Positions 37,888 through 47,566 of a DNA stretch of 64,000 nt are shown here, piece after piece. The notes under the pieces are model-generated. The model was given only the letters and a program-made list of their open reading frames with translations, ran no database searches and had not been told where the DNA came from. The stretch is from an uncultured Bacilli bacterium. GTDB taxonomy: Bacteria > Bacillota_I > Bacilli_A > RF39 > UBA660. Location of the stretch: assembly GCA_947632595.1 (NCBI GenBank), contig CANRPY010000001.1, forward strand, positions 2,457 to 66,456, read 5' to 3'. Every line of letters begins with the position of its first letter. Within the stretch, counting starts at the first letter, position 1. The translations under genes were made by a program, and so were the position numbers.

Positions 37888-38496
37888 TTATTTGTTTAAA
37901 ATCTTTCTTTTAATAGTTCTTTTGCTATTCAATGAACAAAAATAATTTCCGTCTTCTGTATCTAAATCAAATGTAAAATCTTCGTTCATTTGCTTGGATA
38001 TGTTTTCTAATACCTTAATCTTTCTTTCTGAATCTTCATCTGTTAATTTCCCAAACATTCCAATACTAATATTATTTTCTCCTCTATTGTGAATCAAATT
38101 CCAGTTTAAAATATCACTTTCAAAATAAGGATTATATGTCATTAAAATATGTTCCATAGGAATTATAATTCCATTTTGATGTAGAATTAAAGGAATCTCC
38201 CTATCAATATATAACGTAGAATTTCTTTTTCCCATTGTTTCTGCAAAAGGGGATATTACACGAATCCCTTGCTGTGATAATGAATCATATTGTCCCTTAC
38301 CAATTTCCAAAATATCATCCACCGAATTATCAAATCCTAAAAACTTTAGATAGGATTCATAGATATTTAATAAAGATTTCTGTCTCATAATCCAATCGGC
38401 GAAATCGTTAGAATATATCTTGTTAATATTCGTTATCTCTATACCATTTGCTTCACAAAACTGTTTAAATAAACACCATATATATTTTTTAAACAT
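37888..38496 (-). CDS. Hypothetical protein
   Basis: 202-aa ORF, first gene of the apparent three-gene unit. No motif recognised. Confidence 0.35.
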   Translation of the reverse strand: MFKKYIWCLFKQFCEANGIEITNINKIYSNDFADWIMRQKSLLNIYESYLKFLGFDNSVDDILEIGKGQYDSLSQQGIRVISPFAETMGKRNSTLYIDREIPLILHQNGIIIPMEHILMTYNPYFESDILNWNLIHNRGENNISIGMFGKLTDEDSERKIKVLENISKQMNEDFTFDLDTEDGNYFCSLNSKRTIKRKILNK

Positions 38497-38610
38497 ATCT
38501 TTCTCCTGCCCTTTCTTCCAAAAGCACTAGTATTATACTTCAAAAGATGGTATAATTAAATTACTAATTTTTCATATTAGATATAACTACTGGTTATATG
38601 AGGTGTTATT

Positions 38611-39504
38611 ATGAATATCAATTTAGAATTATATAAAACTTTTTATTATGTTGCAAAAAATGAAAATATTTCTAGGGCTTCAAACGAATTGTTAATTAGT
38701 CAGCCTGCTATCAGTAAAGCAATTAAATCTTTAGAGGAACAACTTGGTACAAAACTATTTATAAGAAAAAGAGATGGTATGGAATTAACAGAAGTAGGAG
38801 AAGTATTTTACAAAAAAATAAAGGATGCTATGGAAATCATCTTATCTGCTGAAAATGATTTAGAGGTTTTAACAAGTATGGAATCTGGTATAATTAATAT
38901 AGGTGCTAGTAAAACAATTCTTCATGAATTTCTAATGCCATATATTATAGATTTTCATAAAAAATATCCTAAAATTAATATTAGGATATTTTCTGATAAA
39001 ATAACTGATTTAATTACAAAGTCAAAAATGGGAATCATAGATGTTATATTTACAAATATGCCAATCAATTTGCCAAGTAATTTTGATTCAGCAAAAATAA
39101 TGACATTACATGATTGTCTTGTCGCTAATAATTCATATCTCTATTTAAAAGATAAAAAAATGGATAAAAAAGACATATCAAAATTACCTCTTTTAATTTT
39201 GGCAAAAGGGGCAACTACAAGAATTAGACTCGATGATTATTGTATTGAAAATAATATTGAGATTCATCCACAAATGGAATTCGGAAGTAATACTTTGATA
39301 AAGGAGTTTACTGAGGCTGGTTTTGGAATTGGATTGTTAACGGAAGAACATATAAAAGAAGAATTAGATAGTGGAGAACTTTTTAAACTGGATCTTGAAT
39401 TACCATTAAAAGAAAAGTATTTGGGAATGATTTGGAATACAGATAATAAAAGTCTTGTTACAAAGAATTTTATTCAATATATAAAAGATAACATTAATCA
39501 ATAA
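38611..39504 (+). CDS. LysR-family transcriptional regulator
   Basis: N-terminal HTH NISRASNELLISQPAISKAIKSLEEQLGTKLFIR plus a substrate-binding domain length of about 200 aa. Confidence 0.88.
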   Translation: MNINLELYKTFYYVAKNENISRASNELLISQPAISKAIKSLEEQLGTKLFIRKRDGMELTEVGEVFYKKIKDAMEIILSAENDLEVLTSMESGIINIGASKTILHEFLMPYIIDFHKKYPKINIRIFSDKITDLITKSKMGIIDVIFTNMPINLPSNFDSAKIMTLHDCLVANNSYLYLKDKKMDKKDISKLPLLILAKGATTRIRLDDYCIENNIEIHPQMEFGSNTLIKEFTEAGFGIGLLTEEHIKEELDSGELFKLDLELPLKEKYLGMIWNTDNKSLVTKNFIQYIKDNINQ

Positions 39505-39506
39505 TG

Positions 39507-41198
39507 TTATCTTCTTTTTGATGGACCTTGTGCAAATATTTCTTTCAAGCCAAAATTTAATTCTTTGTTTAATAATTCTTCTAATTCTTTATATGCTCCA
39601 CTTGATGCTTGATAGCCGCCATTTAAAGTAGATGAAATAGCTAAATTGCATAGTTCTTTTTCAATTGGTGAAAAAATTCTTTTGCCTTTTTCATTTTCAA
39701 TACTTTTAACTATTGATCCTTCATTCCCTTGTAATGCCTTCCTAAATCTATTTAATGTTTCTATTCTTTCTCCATTATTTGTAACTATGCTCTCCGATTT
39801 TCCAGTGTATATGGAATTGGGCACATATATTCCTTTATCATTTTTATAATAATTTTCAACAAACGTTCTAAATATGAAGTCTTTCTTTTGCTTTCTTATA
39901 TTGATTAAATCTCTTAGTATCATTCTTACATCAAAACTGCTGTCTACCACATTATCATTGTATCTAGTTGGGAATATAGATACATATTTTTCGTTTTCAG
40001 AATTAATTCCATGATCTAATTGAACTAAACAAAAACAGGTTTTAAAAAAATCTCCTCTTATTAATGAGCTTGTTTTTAATATTATTTTTTCCCAAGGAAA
40101 TAATTGATATAGTTTTCCATTTTCTTCCACTAATCCACCATCTGCTATTATTCTTTCTTTATTATCTAATATTGCTTTTAATATAGCAAATGCAGAAGAG
40201 TTTTCATTAATTGGATAATATACTGAACCATCTGCTCTTACTCTTGAAAAGTATCTTTTTGTAGTTTCAGATAATATTTCTCCTTTTTGTATTCCTAGTA
40301 AATGTGGCAAATTATTTCTATTAATTTCGTAATAAAAGTCAAATTCAGAATCATCTTCTAATACCACTTTATTCATAACCGAATTACTTTTTTCTATTGG
40401 GGCATTCGGATTTTTTGTATAGAAAAATTTGTAAGTATCCACACATAATTCTAGATTATCGAATAAGTTTTTCATGACCTGCTTCATAATCTCATACGTA
40501 GATTGTGACCAAAGTATATCTTCTGCTCCAGGATAAGAAGATAAAATAATATTGTGACTTTCATCAGTAGTGGTTTTGGTCATTCCTTTTCCATCATCTC
40601 TAACATAGGTTATTGTTGGAATTCTCCTGCCACTTGTGTAAGTATCAAGTCCCTTTGCCTCTGTAACTTCGGCCAAATAATATGTTCCATCCTTTTTTTG
40701 TCTTAAAATTTGTCTTTTATCTTTTGGTGACCATCTTTCGAATTCCTCCTCTAATTGAATATTTGAAGCTTTTGAAGCTTCAATTAAATGTATTAAGGAT
40801 GCTTCATCAAATGTAAATCTTTTATTTAATTCATTTGCAATTTTATCTAAGTCTGAATCAATTATTTCCTGAAGCCCATTATCAAATCCCATTTTTTCTG
40901 CGATATTTAAGAATAATGATTTTATTTCATCTTGTTTTTTTGTTGCTATAGCGGCTTCTATTGGCATATTAAAATGAATTTCAGATAGTCGATCAATAAT
41001 TAGTCGGCTTAATTTCTTATATATGTTTTCAATGGCGTCTATTACTTCTGTTTCTTCTTCATCAAGAATTCTATAAGATTCAAGTTCTGATATTAAATAA
41101 CTAGAATTTTTTTTAATTATTTGCGTTAAAAAATCTATATTCATTACTTCCTGTCCAAAAATGGCTTTTAAAACCTCTAAATTCATCTCTGTTTTCAT
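39507..41198 (-). CDS. Large hypothetical protein (563 aa)
   Basis: Long ORF with normal codon texture. The segment NLPHLLGIQKGE...FAILKAILDNKERII...FPWEKIILKT faintly recalls phage/polyvalent-protein nuclease-like (PBECR-type) modules; not verifiable here. Confidence 0.4.
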   Translation of the reverse strand: MKTEMNLEVLKAIFGQEVMNIDFLTQIIKKNSSYLISELESYRILDEEETEVIDAIENIYKKLSRLIIDRLSEIHFNMPIEAAIATKKQDEIKSLFLNIAEKMGFDNGLQEIIDSDLDKIANELNKRFTFDEASLIHLIEASKASNIQLEEEFERWSPKDKRQILRQKKDGTYYLAEVTEAKGLDTYTSGRRIPTITYVRDDGKGMTKTTTDESHNIILSSYPGAEDILWSQSTYEIMKQVMKNLFDNLELCVDTYKFFYTKNPNAPIEKSNSVMNKVVLEDDSEFDFYYEINRNNLPHLLGIQKGEILSETTKRYFSRVRADGSVYYPINENSSAFAILKAILDNKERIIADGGLVEENGKLYQLFPWEKIILKTSSLIRGDFFKTCFCLVQLDHGINSENEKYVSIFPTRYNDNVVDSSFDVRMILRDLINIRKQKKDFIFRTFVENYYKNDKGIYVPNSIYTGKSESIVTNNGERIETLNRFRKALQGNEGSIVKSIENEKGKRIFSPIEKELCNLAISSTLNGGYQASSGAYKELEELLNKELNFGLKEIFAQGPSKRR

Positions 41199-41366
41199 AA
41201 TATCACATCCTTGGTACTTACTATCTATATATCATTATATCATATAATTATTAATCTTTTTCGATACTTATTTCCTTATTTAATTTGTACTAAGATATTG
41301 ACACTTATTAAAATCATTACACTTTCTATTTCTTTCCTCAAAAAACACACCTTTTGGTGTGTTCTC

Positions 41367-42752
41367 TTATATACTAAATGTATTGTTTTGATCCATTGTT
41401 CTTAACTCTGGTGTTTGTTTTGTATCTTTTTTCTCTACTTGATTCGCTTCTTCTAGATCAACTGCTTTTACTCTCATGATATAGACATCTTCATTATTTT
41501 TAATATAGAAATAACATTTTTGATGTTTAGCAATATTGTAATACATGATTGGTAATTTTAAATTGTCTCTTACATCTAATAATTCTTCAAATTTACCAAT
41601 TTCCATTACATTGTATTTTTCTAGATCTAATCCTGTTTCTGTCTCTACAATTAATCTATCATATGTTTTTAAGATATCATCGATATATTTATCATAGATA
41701 CTCTTTGGACTATAAGATACTGCAATTAAACGGATAATCTTTACTAATAAGAATACGGATAATACAAAAGTAATAATCTCAAATGTAATTATTTTTGGAG
41801 TAAAGATTAATGCTCTTTCCATTGTAATTTCATTTGATTTACTTAAGTCATCGGAATCAAACTTTATTTGTACAGAGTTTTCTGATAATGGAATTGTAAT
41901 TCCACTTTCACTTTCATTGGCAAGATCTACATTGTATTTCTTACCATCTTTCATAACTTGTAAATATACTTTTAAGTAACTATCAGAGTTTACTCCATAA
42001 CTTGTTCTAAAAGAATTCGCAAGGTCATTAAAATGACCATAATCTATCTCTACATTTTGATTAATTGCGTATTCTTTATTATCTTTCATTGTTTCTTGTT
42101 CTGCTTCATATAAAGTATATTCTTTTTCAAAGTAATTTACTTTGGTTTGTGAGTTTGCAATGATTAAGTCTCCAATTACTTTATAATTAAAGTCTACTGT
42201 AGACTTCTTTTCAATATTGAATTTATAATTAAAATCAATACTTATTTTATCTATTAAGTTTGCAACATACATCATATCTTCTTCTAAGTAATCTTGTTCA
42301 TAGAAGTTATTTTGTTTTAAATAGACACGATAATTGGTTTCTTGTGTATCGGTATATTTTATGGCTTCTGGTTTCTTTAATGCGAATGATTCTAGTGTTA
42401 AACTAAAGAAACAGAATAGTACGGCAACAAATAGAATCAATAGTAATACTAATCGTTGAACATAACTTAAATATATTTTCTTTGCGAATGGTATTTTTTC
42501 TTCCGGATCTTTGCTTTTATGTATTTGTATTGGGCTCTGTGGTGTGATACTTGATGCTTGTACTTCAATGTGATCAGACATCTCAACATTTTTATCCACT
42601 AATCTATCACTTTCGATTGGGGCTACTTGTTGATTCGGTATTGGTCTATTCTGATTTATCGGCTCATTTATTTTCTCCACAGGCTCCGTGGATTTTACTT
42701 CTTGTTCATCGTCGAATTCTAGTTGTTCTATTTCGTCTTGCTTATTATCCAC
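41367..42752 (-). CDS. Single-pass membrane protein with disordered N-terminus and large extracellular domain (DUF5305-like context)
   Basis: TM LVLLLILFVAVLFCFFSLTL and a second TM near the C-terminal third. Sits directly upstream of SipW-like peptidase and TasA-like genes on the same strand. Confidence 0.45.
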   Translation of the reverse strand: MDNKQDEIEQLEFDDEQEVKSTEPVEKINEPINQNRPIPNQQVAPIESDRLVDKNVEMSDHIEVQASSITPQSPIQIHKSKDPEEKIPFAKKIYLSYVQRLVLLLILFVAVLFCFFSLTLESFALKKPEAIKYTDTQETNYRVYLKQNNFYEQDYLEEDMMYVANLIDKISIDFNYKFNIEKKSTVDFNYKVIGDLIIANSQTKVNYFEKEYTLYEAEQETMKDNKEYAINQNVEIDYGHFNDLANSFRTSYGVNSDSYLKVYLQVMKDGKKYNVDLANESESGITIPLSENSVQIKFDSDDLSKSNEITMERALIFTPKIITFEIITFVLSVFLLVKIIRLIAVSYSPKSIYDKYIDDILKTYDRLIVETETGLDLEKYNVMEIGKFEELLDVRDNLKLPIMYYNIAKHQKCYFYIKNNEDVYIMRVKAVDLEEANQVEKKDTKQTPELRTMDQNNTFSI

Positions 42753-42775
42753 AACATATCACCTCTAATCATCCC

Positions 42776-43900
42776 TTATTTTCCATTTAACCATACTGTT
42801 GGCAATCCAATATATGGTATTCTTAGATTTACAACTCCTATAATCATATCACTTGTTACAGGGTAACTATCTTCATCTTTATTAGCATCCCCTTTTGTGT
42901 AAAAATAAACCTTATTTTCATCTTTTATTTTTCTTTCAAGTCGATGCACTACGATAACATTTTCATACTTGTAAGCTATAACTTTCCCTACTTCTATGTC
43001 TTCATAATCTTTTTGTTTTTCAATGATTACGATATCTCCTTTTTTGATTTCTGGCGACATAGAACCACTTGCGATTGCTAGTGCAAAGTATTTGAAATAT
43101 CCACAAGTTATATAAATTAACATTATTGTAACTAATGAAGGTATTATAAGTGTTTTGAAATTCTTTTTATAATCTCTTTTTGTAATGTCTTCATCTTGAT
43201 ATTTTTGATAGAACTTATCGATTCTATTCATTAATAGAAGAGGAACAAATAACCATACAATTGAATAGATATACTGATTCGGATTTGGAATAAAAGGTAA
43301 TAGATACATGTATAATCCTGTAACTAATCGGTAAACCATCGAAGGTTTATATCCTGTTTTCATACTTAAATAACTGCACAATATGTTTATTGTGATTGTT
43401 GGTAGTATTGTGATTGCTAGGAAAATAAACTTCTCATATATTCCACTTGTTAAGTTGATATAGATTGCACTGGATATATCTAGGAAAACAAATAAGATGG
43501 TTGTTAAAATGATTAGTGTTTTATTTCCCTCTGATTTTTGTAACATTTCATACCTTAAGTATTCTTTTAGTAAGATTATTATGATAATAGGAAGTATAAT
43601 TTTTATCATACTTTCTATCGTATAATAATTATCTACTTTTGCAAATCCTAGTAGTATTCCTGATAAATAGTAAATTAGGAAGAATATAATTAGGAATATG
43701 ATTTCTTCCAATATAATATCTTTGGTATATCTATGCCGATCTCTTTCCAGTCCGAAAAAGATCTTCATTATGGCTAGAACAGCAAATAGAAATATAATCA
43801 TTATTGTATTATTTAATACACTAAATATAAAACTATTTACAATTAGGGCAAAAAATATTATTATCTCAAAAATGAATAAATTCCTATAGCCTCTTTTCAT
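42776..43900 (-). CDS. Polytopic membrane domain fused to SipW-type signal peptidase I (S26)
   Basis: About 260 aa with multiple TM helices, followed by ASGSMSPEIKKGDIVII (catalytic Ser context) and VVHRL. Confidence 0.65.
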   Translation of the reverse strand: MKRGYRNLFIFEIIIFFALIVNSFIFSVLNNTIMIIFLFAVLAIMKIFFGLERDRHRYTKDIILEEIIFLIIFFLIYYLSGILLGFAKVDNYYTIESMIKIILPIIIIILLKEYLRYEMLQKSEGNKTLIILTTILFVFLDISSAIYINLTSGIYEKFIFLAITILPTITINILCSYLSMKTGYKPSMVYRLVTGLYMYLLPFIPNPNQYIYSIVWLFVPLLLMNRIDKFYQKYQDEDITKRDYKKNFKTLIIPSLVTIMLIYITCGYFKYFALAIASGSMSPEIKKGDIVIIEKQKDYEDIEVGKVIAYKYENVIVVHRLERKIKDENKVYFYTKGDANKDEDSYPVTSDMIIGVVNLRIPYIGLPTVWLNGK

Positions 43901-43955
43901 CTTTTTCCTCCAAAATAGTTCTGAAAACTATATTAAGGTTTTATATAGTCTTCGT

Positions 43956-44636
43956 CTAATTACCATTAGATGAACTATAGTTCAATGTGATGTTTCCAAA
44001 ATCGACTTTAAAGTCTCCATCTACTGGTGTTGTATTGGTGTATGATAAATCGACTTTTACCTTAACAGCTTTCTTTACTTTTAATTCCATATCAGTAATT
44101 GGGTTAGCTGTATTTGTGGCATTGTATTCGTGGTCACCTATAGTAATTTTAATTGAAATATTTTCGCAGGCTGCTTGAACTAAATCGTCTCTTGCTACAT
44201 TACCATCTGGTACAGATGCACAGGTTGGTTTTTGTTTAGAGAAAGTTACTTTCTTTAAATAAGCATCTAGACTACCTTTATTGTATACATAGAATTCATA
44301 TGAAACGTTTTGCGCTTCTACTAAGTCATTGGTAAACGTTGCATTTAAATTACTTACCGTTGTATTGATAAGGGTAGCATTCTCTCCTGTTGCTCCTCCT
44401 GTTCCTGATGCGGTTACAGAACCTGGTAAAATATCGCTATCGTTTGTTGAAAATCCAACTACGAAGTTACCTTCTACTCCTTTTACTGTTGCGTTTTGTG
44501 TAATTGTCATATTTTGTGCGTAGGTTGCGAAACCTAGTGATACACCTAGAACTGCAATTACTAAAGCTATAATAGCTATAATTCTAGAACTTCTATCTTT
44601 TTCCATTTCTTTTTCCTCCATAAATGGTGACTCCAC
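43956..44636 (-). CDS. Secreted protein with SipW-cognate-like signal peptide (TasA/camelysin-like context)
   Basis: N-terminal IIAIIALVIAVLGVSLGFATYAQN resembles the ...GGGT(F/W/Y)A SipW-dependent signal. The mature part is a T/N/V-rich beta-type sequence. Confidence 0.5.
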   Translation of the reverse strand: MESPFMEEKEMEKDRSSRIIAIIALVIAVLGVSLGFATYAQNMTITQNATVKGVEGNFVVGFSTNDSDILPGSVTASGTGGATGENATLINTTVSNLNATFTNDLVEAQNVSYEFYVYNKGSLDAYLKKVTFSKQKPTCASVPDGNVARDDLVQAACENISIKITIGDHEYNATNTANPITDMELKVKKAVKVKVDLSYTNTTPVDGDFKVDFGNITLNYSSSNGN

Positions 44637-44755
44637 GATTTGTGCTATTCACACACTTTATAGTCTCCTATATATATTTTTACTACAATTTGCAAAAAAA
44701 GTCAAAATATTCCATCATATTATCCCGTAATTTGTCGTTTTTTTGTGAATGGGAA

Positions 44756-46492
44756 CTATTTTTGAACTCCTTTTTCGTTTATTTGGTCTTTTGAATCTTT
44801 TTTATCTAGAAAATCTAATATATATTTTACATTTTCCTCACTTGTTAATTGATTAAACTGTTCTGCTGTTACGCTACATTCAAATACTTTTTTCTCATCA
44901 TAAATATCTTGAAAAGTCATCAGAGCATCTTCTATTGTGTACTTTCCTTGAAATATATCTAGATCGACTTTTCCATGAGCAATACTATTTCTTAGATGTT
45001 CAATGATAGAGCGATTTCGTCTATATTTTTCATATCTTGTTTTCATAAACTCTTCACAAAGCAAAATCAACTCTTCTAATTGTTTATATTCTTCTTCTAG
45101 TGTTTTTAATAGACTTTGTAATTCTTGATAGGGCCTTCTTTTTTCTTCTATTCCTTCCTCTATTTGTTTTTTGATCTCCGTTAGGCTTCTTTTTATATTT
45201 TCTATTCTAAATTGAAGATAGTCTTTTTCCTTTTGCATTTTTCTGATTTGTTCTTGAAACTCAGGATAGTCTTTTTCTTCTAGGAAATTGACTCCTTTTA
45301 TTTCCTCTAAATTGAGTCTTGAAAAGTCTAATGCTTCTCCATTTATAATATCTCTTATATCTTCTTTATTCTCTATTTTTAGAATGGAATCCAGTCCATA
45401 GATATAAGTAAAGTAAAAGCTAGCTAGATATGCGGATAATATTGTTTTTTCATTGGTTAAGGCAAGGGGGATGGCATACTCACTTTCTCCTACTAGTTCT
45501 ACTACACTTTTTTTTCTTTTTTCTGATAGGTCTTTTAAAAAGACTTGGTTTGCTAAAAGCCCATGACAGATGCTTTTCTTTCCTCTATCATGGGTTGTTG
45601 CTTCATGAATCCAATGAGCTAAATATTTTTGTTGAAAGTATGGATCTAAGTCTTTTAAGAATGGTAGTTTTTGCAAATACATCTTTTTTACTTTTTCTAT
45701 TTGTTCTAATTCTGTAGCCGGTTTTTCTGTAATGGTTACCTTCATTCCTGTTGCATCTAATAATCTTTTGGCATGTTCTGTCTTTGGAATCTCTACTACT
45801 GAGTGTCCTCTTTCAATTTCCTTCATTACTTTGTCTTTTAGAAAATAAGCCATTTGTAAATAAGCTAGGTTTCTTTCTCTTAAAAGTTGTGGTTTATCTG
45901 TAATTTCTATATAAGAAATTCTTCTAATTGCGTCTTCTAAGTCTTCTTTGGTTCCTATTCTATTGTTTGTAAGAACATTTAAATTTCTTAAAATATCGGT
46001 TGTGTTTTCCCCATATTTCTTCATAAGAGTCCAATCATTTCCTAGATGTACGGCAAAGGCAACTAAGTCTGTTATGGGAATAGAGCCTGTCTTGCCTTCT
46101 ACTTCTATTGTGATATCTGATGAATCCATAGAAAAGTCCCCATGTGCTAGTTTGTTTCGTAAGGTATCTACTACTGATAAATTAGAAGAAAATGTGATAT
46201 CTCCTATCTTCCAGGTATCTCCTTCTTTTTTGGCAATCGTTCCAATATATCCTTCTAATAGTTTATCCACAAGAATTGTGGATAAATTTTTTGCTTGATC
46301 TTTTTTAATGTATTCTTCTTTCCACAACAAAAGAGCAAAAGTTGCATATCCAACTTTTAGCGCATCTAAATCAGAGTCTTCTTGCACGGGACTATCTCCA
46401 AAGGTTTCTAAATAGTTGATATAGTCTTTTGATGAGGAGATTAGTTTTTTGTAATACTCTATTTTCTTTTGCTTTCTCTCGCTCTTTTGCAT
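44756..46492 (-). CDS. Double-HEPN protein (two RNxxAH motifs) with central coiled coil
   Basis: LRNKLAHG (residues 111-118, nt 46142-46162) and LRNSIAHG (residues 500-507, nt about 44975-44995). A coiled-coil stretch EFQEQIRKMQKEKDYLQFRIENIKRSLTEIKKQIEE lies between them. GGAGG SD, 9 nt after the htrA-like stop. Confidence 0.6.
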   Translation of the reverse strand: MQKSERKQKKIEYYKKLISSSKDYINYLETFGDSPVQEDSDLDALKVGYATFALLLWKEEYIKKDQAKNLSTILVDKLLEGYIGTIAKKEGDTWKIGDITFSSNLSVVDTLRNKLAHGDFSMDSSDITIEVEGKTGSIPITDLVAFAVHLGNDWTLMKKYGENTTDILRNLNVLTNNRIGTKEDLEDAIRRISYIEITDKPQLLRERNLAYLQMAYFLKDKVMKEIERGHSVVEIPKTEHAKRLLDATGMKVTITEKPATELEQIEKVKKMYLQKLPFLKDLDPYFQQKYLAHWIHEATTHDRGKKSICHGLLANQVFLKDLSEKRKKSVVELVGESEYAIPLALTNEKTILSAYLASFYFTYIYGLDSILKIENKEDIRDIINGEALDFSRLNLEEIKGVNFLEEKDYPEFQEQIRKMQKEKDYLQFRIENIKRSLTEIKKQIEEGIEEKRRPYQELQSLLKTLEEEYKQLEELILLCEEFMKTRYEKYRRNRSIIEHLRNSIAHGKVDLDIFQGKYTIEDALMTFQDIYDEKKVFECSVTAEQFNQLTSEENVKYILDFLDKKDSKDQINEKGVQK

Positions 46493-46501
46493 ATTCCTCC
46501 A

Positions 46502-47566
46502 TTAACTTGCTTTCTTTAAGGTTATTGTTATATTCTTTTCTTTTTGATTTCTTATCACTTTTACTTTTATTTTGTCTCCTACTGAGTGTTGGTATAGTAC
46601 ATATTTTACATATGGGGTCTCTGTTATCTTAATTCCATCCATTTCTAGTAGAATGTCTCCTTTTTTTAATTTGTTGTCAGCACTACTCTTTTTTTTCGTA
46701 CTTAGTACTACCACTCCTTCTGTAATCTCACTTGGTATTTCAATGTCTTCTTCTAATAGTTTTGCGGTTGCGTTTACATCAACCATACTAATTCCTAATT
46801 CTGGCCATTCCACTTCTTTTCCTTTTTCTAGATTCTCTAGATATTTTTTTGCGGTCTCTATTGGAATTGCGAAGGACATTCCTTCTATTTCTTCTTTGAT
46901 TAGTTTCATAGTACAAATTCCTATTACTTCTCCTTTGGCATTTACAACAGGCCCTCCACTGTTTCCAGGGTTTACTGCTGCATCCAATTGAAGAACTTTC
47001 ATAAGCCATTCTGTGTTTTCTTCTTCTCCTCCAAGTGTTTGTACAATCCTATCTCTTCCTGACAAGATTCCAGAGGAAACGCTTCCTTGATATCTCTTAC
47101 TAATAGGAGATCCCACTACCATAATGGTATCCCCTATTTTTGTCTTGGTACTATCTCCTAGTGTTGCTACTTTTTTGGCATACTTCTTATCAATCTCAAT
47201 GACTGCTAAATCCAAATTAGAATCTTTGCCAAGAACTTTTGCTTTAGCTTCTTCCATATCCTGATTGGTTACTGTGATGTCTTCTCCAGATAATACATGT
47301 TCATTGGTTAAGATATAAGCTTTGCTACCTTTCTTTTTGTAGACAAAACCAGATCCTGTTGATAAAACTGCTGTTCCATTATAGCTTTCTATCGTTACAG
47401 TTGCTTCTTGAATTTTCTTTGTAGCACTTGCTAAAGAACTGGTGTTATTTCTTTCTACTTCTTTCATTCCTATGAAACAAATAAATAACGTTAATAGTAC
47501 TCCAACAAAAAAAGAAGAGAGAATTTCTATCCAATTGATTTCTACCTTTTTATTCCTCTTCTTCAT
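46502..47566 (-). CDS. htrA: HtrA/DegP-family membrane-anchored serine protease with PDZ domain
   Basis: N-terminal TM; His context ILTNEHV, Asp context DLAVIEI, Ser context NPGNSGGPVVN; C-terminal PDZ (LKKGDILLEMDG). Confidence 0.85.
   Translation of the reverse strand: MKKRNKKVEINWIEILSSFFVGVLLTLFICFIGMKEVERNNTSSLASATKKIQEATVTIESYNGTAVLSTGSGFVYKKKGSKAYILTNEHVLSGEDITVTNQDMEEAKAKVLGKDSNLDLAVIEIDKKYAKKVATLGDSTKTKIGDTIMVVGSPISKRYQGSVSSGILSGRDRIVQTLGGEEENTEWLMKVLQLDAAVNPGNSGGPVVNAKGEVIGICTMKLIKEEIEGMSFAIPIETAKKYLENLEKGKEVEWPELGISMVDVNATAKLLEEDIEIPSEITEGVVVLSTKKKSSADNKLKKGDILLEMDGIKITETPYVKYVLYQHSVGDKIKVKVIRNQKEKNITITLKKAS

Noticed and set aside
45430-46991. Antisense ORFs (95-139 aa) inside the two-HEPN and htrA-like genes, plus a 73-aa same-strand out-of-frame ORF (46788-47009).
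   Set aside because: Shadow or out-of-frame ORFs with repetitive low-complexity translations (R/N/S-rich). The annotated frames carry the catalytic motifs.
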